NCBI GenBank assembly: GCA_963664225.1 | Contig: OY760937.1 | Coordinates: 2,912,001-2,976,000, forward strand | Reading direction: 5' to 3' | Source of the DNA: Verrucomicrobiia bacterium | GTDB lineage: Bacteria; Verrucomicrobiota; Verrucomicrobiia; Limisphaerales; UBA1319 | Length of the DNA stretch: 64,000 nucleotides | In this document: in pieces, positions 1 to 7,801 of the stretch | Position numbering within the stretch: the stretch's first letter is position 1 | Layout of the letters: each line of letters opens with the position of its first letter | Translations under genes and position numbers: made by a program | Notes under the pieces: model-generated | What the model saw: the letters and a program-made list of their open reading frames with translations, nothing else | What the model was told of the DNA's origin: nothing | Databases searched by the model: none

Positions 1-118
1 TTTGGGGCTGGTTTGAAGCTGACGGGAAGCTGCGAACAAATGGGTGCGTGGCGACCCGCAAAAAAACGGTTCAACCGATCCCCAACCACACTCAGAAATC
101 GAAAATGTTCTTTATATC

Positions 119-142
119 CTTCGCGGCTTCGCGGCTTCGCGT
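119..142. repeat. short tandem repeat (CTTCGCGG)x3, PVC-type intergenic repeat
   Basis: cttcgcgg cttcgcgg cttcgcgt read directly. Confidence 0.6.
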
Positions 143-150
143 GAGAACAT

Positions 151-231
151 TTTCCTCATCCCCAGATTCCTGCGTGGCTGAAATTCGTCCGTTGGATGGA
201 CGAAAATCGTCCATTGAATGGTTGAATATCA
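151..231. repeat. direct repeat copy 1 flanking the AAA-DUF4143 gene
   Basis: 44 bp at 170-213 are identical to 1582-1625; imperfect similarity extends about 20 bp on each side. Confidence 0.9.
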
Positions 232-257
232 TCGGAATTACAGTTAGATTCCTGGCC

Positions 258-1514
258 ATGATCAGACGAAACGTGGAGCAGGCCATCCTGGCGGGGCTTA
301 AAGATACGCCCGTTGTCTTGCTCGTGGGCGCCCGGCAAACGGGAAAAAGCACATTGATTCAGTCCGATGCCTTTCAAAAGGGAAAACGCCGGTTTCTCAC
401 ATTTGACGACGCCAGCGTGCTGGCTGCCGCCAAAGCCGATCCAGCAGGATTTCTGGCTTCCTTTTCTGAGCCGCTGGCTTTGGATGAAGTGCAGCGCGTG
501 CCCGAGCTTTTCCTGGCGCTCAAGGCATCCGTGGATCGTAATCGTGTCCCCGGGCGCTATTTGCTCAGTGGTTCCGCAAACGTGCTGTTTCTGCCCAAGG
601 TCGCCGATTCGCTGGCCGGGCGGATGGAGGTCATCACCCTGTGGCCCTTCTCACAAGGGGAAATCGAAGCGGTGCGTGAGGATTTCATCGATGCCGTATT
701 TGCACCGACACTGCCTCGAATCAAGCCTTTGGACAAATGGGATGAACGAAAAGAGCTCCAGCATCGGGTGCTGCTGGGCGGGTTTCCCGAAGTGCTTGCC
801 CGCGATTCGTCCGAACGGCGCAAGGCCTGGTTTGGGGCCTACCTGACGACAATACTTCAGAGGGACGTGCGCGATCTCTCCCATATCGACGATATTACGG
901 CAATGCCACGGTTGATCTCGATTCTGGCCGCGCGGATGGGGGGTCTGCTGAATGCAGCCGAGCTTTCTCGAGGTTCTGGAATCGCCCAGACAACCCTGAA
1001 ACGCCACTTAAGCCTTCTCGAGACCATATTTCTCTTTCACCCCCTGCCCGCGTGGTCCACCAACGTGGGAAAGAGGTTTGTAAAAATGCCGAAGGTGATT
1101 CTCTCGGACACGGCCCTGGCGGCTCACCTGCTCAACATCACACCGGAAAGAGTGGCTGAAGATTCGGGTTTGTTGGGTTCGTTGCTCGAAAACTTTGTTT
1201 GCATGGAGTTGGTCAAACAGGCGGCATGGAGCCGGGAAAATCCTCAACTGTTTCATTGGCGCACGCATGGCCAACAGGAGGTTGATCTGGTGCTGGAATC
1301 GGGCAGTCGTCTGGTGGGCATCGAAATCAAGGCGCGTGCCAGTGTCACGGCTGACGATTTCAAGGGATTAAGGGCCCTGGCTGCAGAAGCAAGGGACCGA
1401 TTTGTTCGTGGTGTCGTCCTCCATGGCGGGCGCGAGATGCTCCCATTTGGAGAGAATATGGTCGCGATGCCGGTCAGTGCATTGTGGCGGCTTGGCGGGC
1501 CGGCAAAAAACTAA
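258..1514 (+). CDS. ATP-binding protein, AAA_14 + DUF4143 family with C-terminal PD-(D/E)xK-like domain
   Basis: Walker A GARQTGKST, Walker B LDEVQ, GGFP motif, C-terminal EVDLV..IEIK; ATG at 258. Confidence 0.9.
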   Translation: MIRRNVEQAILAGLKDTPVVLLVGARQTGKSTLIQSDAFQKGKRRFLTFDDASVLAAAKADPAGFLASFSEPLALDEVQRVPELFLALKASVDRNRVPGRYLLSGSANVLFLPKVADSLAGRMEVITLWPFSQGEIEAVREDFIDAVFAPTLPRIKPLDKWDERKELQHRVLLGGFPEVLARDSSERRKAWFGAYLTTILQRDVRDLSHIDDITAMPRLISILAARMGGLLNAAELSRGSGIAQTTLKRHLSLLETIFLFHPLPAWSTNVGKRFVKMPKVILSDTALAAHLLNITPERVAEDSGLLGSLLENFVCMELVKQAAWSRENPQLFHWRTHGQQEVDLVLESGSRLVGIEIKARASVTADDFKGLRALAAEARDRFVRGVVLHGGREMLPFGENMVAMPVSALWRLGGPAKN

Positions 1515-1562
1515 AAGCTGCGGCCCTTGCGCCAAGATGCAATCAAGCACGCGCGAAGCCTG

Positions 1563-1643
1563 TTTCTCATCCACTGGATTTCTGCGTGGCTGAAATTCGT
1601 CCGTTGGATGGACGAAAATCGTCCACGGAACGGACGATTATCA
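1563..1643. repeat. direct repeat copy 2 flanking the AAA-DUF4143 gene
   Basis: 1582-1625 identical to 170-213. Confidence 0.9.
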
Positions 1644-1695
1644 ACCATTCCTGCTGCGCACGCGGGAAGCGGACAGGCGGTTTCCCGAGCCGCAG

Positions 1696-2547
1696 CTAGA
1701 CCACAAATTCCAACTCGGGCGGTTTGGGGGCCAGACCCATGGCATGCGCGCGAGTCAGGAAACGGCGGATGGATTCGCGGCCCTTTTCGCCGTAATCCAG
1801 CGTCCAATGATTCACGTACATCCCCACGAAGCGGTCCGCCAGAGGCTTATCCATGTCCCGCGCGTATTGGAGCGCGTGTTGCACCGCCGCGGGCCGGTGG
1901 TCCAGACCGTAGGCGATGCTGTTCATGATGATGTCCGCGATGATCTTTCGCTCAGGTGGCGGAATGCGCTTGTGAATGACATTCCCGCCCAGCGGCAACG
2001 GCAGACCTTCGTTTTCCTGTCCCCACCAGATGCCCAGATCCACGCAGAGCTGCAGGCCTTCCTTCGCGTAGGTGAGCTGCCCCTCGTGAATGATCAGGCC
2101 GGCATCCGCTTTTCCTGAACGCACCGTGGCGAAGATCTGGTCGAAGGGCACCACGATGAAATCGAACTCCCCCGCCCGCTTGCCCAGCCAGAGCTGAAGC
2201 GCCAGAAACGCGCTGGTCAGCAGTCCGGGGACGGCAATGCGTTTGCGGGCCAGTTCCTCGCGCGAGTAAGGTTTGGGGGCCACCACCATGGGGCCGTAAC
2301 CATCCCCCATGCTCGCCCCGCTGGGCAGCAGCGCGTATTGATCGCACACATGCGAGTAGGCGTGAATGCTGATCGCCGTAATATCCAGCTCACCCCGCTG
2401 CGCCCGTTCGTTGAGCGTCTGAATATCCTGGAGGATGTGTTCGAAGGTGTAGCCTCCTGTTGACACCAGCCCACGGGCCATGCCGTAAAACATGAAGGCA
2501 TCATCGGGATCGGGCGAATGTCCCAAGGTTAACGCGCGTTTATCCAT
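1696..2547 (-). CDS. mqnD: 1,4-dihydroxy-6-naphthoate synthase (MqnA/MqnD family, futalosine pathway)
   Basis: N-terminal LGHSPDPDDAFMFY, GLIIHEGQLTY, LPLPLGG, MYVN motifs. Confidence 0.85.
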   Translation of the reverse strand: MDKRALTLGHSPDPDDAFMFYGMARGLVSTGGYTFEHILQDIQTLNERAQRGELDITAISIHAYSHVCDQYALLPSGASMGDGYGPMVVAPKPYSREELARKRIAVPGLLTSAFLALQLWLGKRAGEFDFIVVPFDQIFATVRSGKADAGLIIHEGQLTYAKEGLQLCVDLGIWWGQENEGLPLPLGGNVIHKRIPPPERKIIADIIMNSIAYGLDHRPAAVQHALQYARDMDKPLADRFVGMYVNHWTLDYGEKGRESIRRFLTRAHAMGLAPKPPELEFVV

Positions 2548-2673
2548 GGGGAAAAATTTAACATTCACCCCACCATTGTCACGGAACGATTTCGATCCAA
2601 AACAGCCTATTCTTGGACTCATTTTATCCGTTTGACACACCCCGGCTTCAAACGTAGCCTAGGCTTAAGATTT

Positions 2674-3108
2674 ATGCCTGAGAACATGCCTGAAACACCG
2701 AACACGCCCAGCGTGCCAACGCCTTCCAACACGGCTGCCGGTATTCCTCCGGTCGCCCCCAAACCGGTCGAGGCTTCCAAAGTGCAGCCAAAAAAGGAAA
2801 CGGTGCGCATTAATCTGCCACCCAAACCGACGGCCGCGCCGGCAATCAAACTGCCCACACCCGCTTCGGCTCCCGCCGCCCAGGCCCCTGCTCCCGCCGC
2901 CTCGGGCGCGCCAGCGGCCCCTGCTCCCGCCGCCTCGGCTCCTGTGGCCCGGCAGACGGCTGGGGCGGCAGCCCCGGCCCATGCTGCGCCGAGAGTCCCG
3001 GCGCCGGCTGGACACCCTGCGGCATCGATCAGCAAAATCGACCAGATACTCGCTCTGGCGGCCGCTGTTGTCGCGGTGTTGGCGCTCGTGCGGGCCTTGA
3101 TGCTTTAA
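2674..3108 (+). CDS. Pro/Ala-rich hypothetical protein with C-terminal transmembrane anchor
   Basis: low-complexity P/A linker, KKETVRINLPPKP motif, terminal hydrophobic helix. Confidence 0.7.
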   Translation: MPENMPETPNTPSVPTPSNTAAGIPPVAPKPVEASKVQPKKETVRINLPPKPTAAPAIKLPTPASAPAAQAPAPAASGAPAAPAPAASAPVARQTAGAAAPAHAAPRVPAPAGHPAASISKIDQILALAAAVVAVLALVRALML

Positions 3109-3165
3109 TTCTACAGGTTCCAATCGCTAACCACTGTTTGTGCCGATGCGGGGACCAATTAATTT

Positions 3166-3501
3166 GTGGATGCGATTCATTTAGTAACGCTCACGGCTGC
3201 CAATTTTAAGGCAGAAGTCCTGGAAGCCAGCCTTCCCTTTTTGGTCAGCTTTTGGGCTGGCTGGTGCGCCCCCTGTAAAATCGTGGACCCTTTGGTCGAG
3301 GAAATTGCCTCCGATTACGATGGGCGCGCCCGTTTCGGCAAAGTCAACATTGACGATGAGGAGGCGCTGGCCATGGAATATGGCATTCGTGCCGTGCCCA
3401 CATTGCTGATTTTCAAGAATGGCGAGGTCGTGGACAAAATGATCGGCGCCCATGCCAAGCACGATCTCACGGCCAGCCTTGAGAAACATTTATTCGTCTG
3501 A
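3166..3501 (+). CDS. trxA: thioredoxin
   Basis: FWAGWCAPCK active site, 111 aa, GTG start. Confidence 0.92.
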   Translation: MDAIHLVTLTAANFKAEVLEASLPFLVSFWAGWCAPCKIVDPLVEEIASDYDGRARFGKVNIDDEEALAMEYGIRAVPTLLIFKNGEVVDKMIGAHAKHDLTASLEKHLFV

Positions 3502-3538
3502 CACCCATTCCTGGAAGAAACAATTCCTCGCGGGGCAT

Positions 3539-4786
3539 TCACGGGTGAACGCCAGTCTGCTTCGGCACTGTGTCTGATCCCAAGGGGTTCTTTGCCGCAT
3601 CCCAGCACATCTCCTGCCAGAGCGTATAACGCTCCATGAGGTTCCTGTCGGCCAGATAATTCAAGTCCACCAGGCTCGCCCGTTCCATGCCCGGCTTTCC
3701 GTATTTTTCCTGCCCCAGTTCATTGGCCACGTGCACCGCTGCGAGCGGTGAAAAGCCGGGCTCCAACGATTGAGCTGGCTGATGATGGTAAACGACAGCC
3801 TCGATCACCGGATCCGGCAGTCCCCATAAACTCAGCAGATAACCGCCCACCTCCGCATGGGAGGCTCCAAAGACCGCCTGTTCAGCTTCGTGGAGGGGGA
3901 TGTTCCTGGCCTCCGCCATGGAAATCGCCTCCTGGTAAAGGCCGGCTAAATTCGTGGCCAGAACCAATTTCCCCATGTCATGGAGCAAACCGCCCAGAAA
4001 GCCATGGTCCACGAGGTGCGGATCGGCCTGTTCCCTGCTGCAAATCCGCTTCGCCAGCACTGCGGTGGCCCAGGAATGACTCCACAAACCCTCCAACTGG
4101 CACGCGCGCACCAGGGCGGCGTCAAATTGTGAAAATACCTTGAGCGAGATCACCAGCGACTTGATTGTTTCCACTCCCACATGGATCGCCGCCTCCACCG
4201 GACTGGTCACCCGCCGGTTCAGCCCAAAAAATGGCGAATTAACCAAACCCAAAATCCTTGCGCCCAATTCTGGCTCCCTGGAGACGATTTCACCCGCCCG
4301 CGACAGCGATGCATTCTCCGATCCAATGTCCCTGGCCAATTCGACATAAAGGGCGGGCAGGCTTGGAATACGGTTCCATTGAGAGGCCAGACGCGCCATG
4401 TTGGGGCTCGTGAGCAGGTGGTTGCGGGGAAAGACCCGATTCAATGTTTCCTGAATCACCTTGGGGTCGCACGGCTTGATGAGGTATTCATGGGCCGTCC
4501 CAAAGAGCCGGAGCAGGGTCGGTCGCTCATCATTCCAGCACAAGATGATGCGGGCCGTGTGGGGATGACGCTGCTTGACGGCGGTCAGCAGTTGCTCTCC
4601 GTTCATCCCGGGCATTTCCAGATCTGAAATAATGATATGGAAGGGCTGGACGGCCATGAGCTGGAGGGCCTGGAAACCGCTTTCCATAAACTCGAATTGC
4701 CAGTCCTCGCCCATCGACGACAGAAGATGGCGCAAGGTCTGCAAGACCTTTGGTTCGTCATCCACTACAAGGACATTTTTCTTCAT
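3539..4786 (-). CDS. response regulator (REC) + HDOD domain protein
   Basis: VLVVDDE..SDLEMPGMNG..KP receiver motifs; IPSLP, VNSPFFG, LLHDMGKL, HAEVGGYLL..WGLP HDOD motifs. Confidence 0.9.
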   Translation of the reverse strand: MKKNVLVVDDEPKVLQTLRHLLSSMGEDWQFEFMESGFQALQLMAVQPFHIIISDLEMPGMNGEQLLTAVKQRHPHTARIILCWNDERPTLLRLFGTAHEYLIKPCDPKVIQETLNRVFPRNHLLTSPNMARLASQWNRIPSLPALYVELARDIGSENASLSRAGEIVSREPELGARILGLVNSPFFGLNRRVTSPVEAAIHVGVETIKSLVISLKVFSQFDAALVRACQLEGLWSHSWATAVLAKRICSREQADPHLVDHGFLGGLLHDMGKLVLATNLAGLYQEAISMAEARNIPLHEAEQAVFGASHAEVGGYLLSLWGLPDPVIEAVVYHHQPAQSLEPGFSPLAAVHVANELGQEKYGKPGMERASLVDLNYLADRNLMERYTLWQEMCWDAAKNPLGSDTVPKQTGVHP

Positions 4787-5062
4787 GTTTGCGCCATTCC
4801 GGGTCGAATCCAGACTGTCCTTGGAACGCATCGGCTGCCGGAACCACGCCGACCGTGGCACGAAGACCTTTTACCCTTCCGCTGTTGGTCCAAGGATCCA
4901 ACAGCCACGAAGCACGTCACATGCCACCGCCCTTCAATGAGGGTCAAGGGCGTCGTTGCTAACGGTAAAGATTTGAAGACGGGAAGTCAGCTCGACAAAA
5001 CAAACACTCTTCCACCTGTTTTTTCCCCAGACTCCCATTGTCGCCGCCCGGGACAATTTGTC

Positions 5063-7567
5063 TCAAAACCAACCCTTGATCCTTTCCCAGATCGAGGGAT
5101 TGGCGGGCAGACTCAGTGTCATAACCTGGCTCGTTACGGATCCCGCAGTATTGGTCACCACGGCGGTATAGGCCCCCGCGTTCTCACTGGTCAGGCGCGG
5201 AATTTCCAGAACCGTGTTCGTTTCGCCCGGCAGCGGCGATCCTTTGAAGAACCAGAAATAGCGCAACGGCGGAGTGCCGTTGGCCGATACCCTCAAAGTG
5301 ATCTTGCCGCCAATGGCGCCGGTTTGTGTCAGGGGCGAATTGGCGATCATCGGGGGCGACAGCACGGTCAAGGTCACAGGGGCGCTGGTAATGGCACCAG
5401 CCACATTGCGAACGATGACGGCGTAACTTCCGGCCATGTCGCGGGTGACATTGGTGCAGACCAATTCAGCCGCATTGGCCCCTGGAAGATTGGTGCCGGA
5501 CCGCAGCCATTGATAATAAAGGGGGCCCGCGCTTTGGGCCGTCACATTGAAGGTCACCCGGCCTCCGGCAATTCCGGACTGGCTGCGCGGCTGGGCCGTG
5601 ACATAAGGAGGCAAATCAACGGTGAGAGATGCGGGCGTGCTGGCAACCATACCGGCCTGGTTGGCGACCACGACCGAGTAATTACCGGCATGCGAGGGCT
5701 GGATATTGTTTACGACCAGGTTTGTGGCGGTGGCGCCCGCCAGGTTGGTGCCATTGAACCGCCACTGGTAAGTCACAGGCACGGAACTGGTGGCCATTAC
5801 AGAAAAGCTGGCATTTGCGCCCACCGCGCCCACAAACGCCTCGGGTTGCTTTGTGATTTGAGGCGGTAACACGACAATCAACCGCGCCACCGCGCTGGTG
5901 ATCGAGCCTGCGGCGTTGGCCACAACGACGGAATAATCTCCAGCGCTGTTGTCCAGGGCGGCGGGCACCATGAGGTTCGGTGAAACCGCCCCAGGCAGGT
6001 TGGTGCCGTTAAATAGCCAGCGATAGGTCAGCGGCCCCAGGCTGTTCGCACTGACGCGAAAAGTGACTGCAGCGCCGCTGACGGCCGTTTGCGCCTCAGG
6101 GGCCTGGACGATTTCCGGGGGAACGATGACCGTCAAATTAGCCGGAGCGCTGGTCACGGTCTCCACCCCGTTGCTGACCACCAGGGTATATTCCCCGGCA
6201 TTCTGCGAAGTGACATTGGTCAAGGTCAGGTTGGTTGATCCAGAGGTTGGAAGGTTCGTGCCGTTCAGCCGCCACTGGTAATGCAGCGGACCCGCTCCGC
6301 TGGCGGCCGCGGAGAAGCTGGCGGTTTTGCCCACCACCACCACTTGATTATCCGGTTCGCGTGTAATCAATAACTGCACTTTGCCCCGATGCCGGGCGTC
6401 TCCGCGGAACATCGGCCAGGAGCTGGCTGAGGGACCGCTTGCGCCCTTGAATGCGTAGAGTTTGGAGTCTTCCGAGCCAACATAGATGGTGCCATCCGAT
6501 CCGATCACAGGCGAGGAGCGGACCAGGCTGGCCGTTGCATAAGCCCATTTTTTGTCTCCGTCCGGTCCCACGGCGTAAAGTTTGTTCTCGTCCGAGCCGC
6601 AATAAATGGTCCCGTCCGCAGCCACCGCAGGAGAGGATTGGACGAGATTGCCCGTAATCAGGCTCCACTTTTGTTCGCCTTTGGGAGTAATGGCATAAAG
6701 CCGGTTATCCCAGGAACCGACATAAATCGTTCCGTTCGCGCCAATGGCCGGTGAGGAGTAAATATGGCTGTCGGTTTCAAACTCCCATTTCTTGACCCCG
6801 TCCGGACTGAGCGCGTAGAGCCGGTTATCCACCGAGCCAATATAGATCGTCCCGTCTGGCGCGATGGCTGCGGAGGAATACACATAATGACCTGTCGTGA
6901 ATTTCCAATTCTGATTGCCGTCACTGTTCAGGGAATAAACGCTGCGATCCCAGGAACCGAAAATAATGGAGCCGTCCGCCGCAATTACAGGAGAGGACCG
7001 AATCACTCCGCTGGTGGCAAACGCCCATTTCTGCGTTCCGGTCAGGCTGATGGCGTGGAGGTTAAAGTCGTCCGAACCGACATAGATCGCGCGCGTGCCG
7101 TCCACCGCTGGCGACGAGTAGATGCGTCCACCTGTGGAGTAGGCCCATAGGAGCGCACCGGTCGGTTTGAGGGCATAAAGCTTCTTATCGAAACACCCGA
7201 AATAAATCGTTCCGTCCAGACCCACGGCCGGGGAGGAAAAAATCGGGCCTCCTGCCACGAAATGCCACTTGGCCGTGCCATCGGGATTGACCGCCTGAAG
7301 TGTATTGCCGGAACCGGCGTAGATGGTGCCGTCAGCCGCCAGCGCGGGCGAAGCGTTCAGGCGTCCCGTCGCGGTATAATCCCAGAGTTTGGTCCCGGCC
7401 ATCTGGCCGCGCGCGCCGAGCGCGGCCATGCAGAATACGAGCGCGGCCACAATGCTGGATCCCGTGCGGTTCCTCAACAGGCGCATGGCTGCCGCGCTGG
7501 CTATTCCAAGGCCCGTCTTCAAATGTGCAAAGCTCAATTCCATGGCGAATAACTTCATACTGCGCAT
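5063..7567 (-). CDS. exported PQQ-like beta-propeller repeat protein with five Ig-like domains (start uncertain; 7486 fits a signal peptide best)
   Basis: about 8 repeats of SSPAxxxDGTIYxGSxDxxLYA..KW followed by five P..YQW..NGTNL..AGxYxVVV Ig repeats. Confidence 0.88.
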   Translation of the reverse strand: MRSMKLFAMELSFAHLKTGLGIASAAAMRLLRNRTGSSIVAALVFCMAALGARGQMAGTKLWDYTATGRLNASPALAADGTIYAGSGNTLQAVNPDGTAKWHFVAGGPIFSSPAVGLDGTIYFGCFDKKLYALKPTGALLWAYSTGGRIYSSPAVDGTRAIYVGSDDFNLHAISLTGTQKWAFATSGVIRSSPVIAADGSIIFGSWDRSVYSLNSDGNQNWKFTTGHYVYSSAAIAPDGTIYIGSVDNRLYALSPDGVKKWEFETDSHIYSSPAIGANGTIYVGSWDNRLYAITPKGEQKWSLITGNLVQSSPAVAADGTIYCGSDENKLYAVGPDGDKKWAYATASLVRSSPVIGSDGTIYVGSEDSKLYAFKGASGPSASSWPMFRGDARHRGKVQLLITREPDNQVVVVGKTASFSAAASGAGPLHYQWRLNGTNLPTSGSTNLTLTNVTSQNAGEYTLVVSNGVETVTSAPANLTVIVPPEIVQAPEAQTAVSGAAVTFRVSANSLGPLTYRWLFNGTNLPGAVSPNLMVPAALDNSAGDYSVVVANAAGSITSAVARLIVVLPPQITKQPEAFVGAVGANASFSVMATSSVPVTYQWRFNGTNLAGATATNLVVNNIQPSHAGNYSVVVANQAGMVASTPASLTVDLPPYVTAQPRSQSGIAGGRVTFNVTAQSAGPLYYQWLRSGTNLPGANAAELVCTNVTRDMAGSYAVIVRNVAGAITSAPVTLTVLSPPMIANSPLTQTGAIGGKITLRVSANGTPPLRYFWFFKGSPLPGETNTVLEIPRLTSENAGAYTAVVTNTAGSVTSQVMTLSLPANPSIWERIKGWF

Positions 7568-7801
7568 CGTCGTGTTGGAATTCAACCTCGAAAACCTTTT
7601 CTGTGGCGTTTGGAACGCTCGGGAGCCTTTGGCGAGCGTCGGACCGGACCGGCAATGCGCCAAATGTGCGTTATCGGTATTCAGCCATCAAAGGCTTGCC
7701 TTCGGAAGGCGATTCATGCTAACCCATCGATAATCCATTCATGGTTACTGGCCTGAATGGTGTCGATTAATGTTCTAAAACCTGGTTTCAAAGGCTCTTT
7801 T

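Noticed and set aside
4637..5869. Long antisense ORFs (e.g. 4637-5869, 30950-31987, 32102-33193, 62308-63270)
   Set aside because: Shadows of real high-GC genes on the opposite strand, with no recognisable motifs.
6380..7400. Regularly spaced ~120-bp repeats that could suggest a CRISPR array
   Set aside because: They are degenerate coding beta-propeller repeats; there are no identical repeats with unique spacers and no cas genes.
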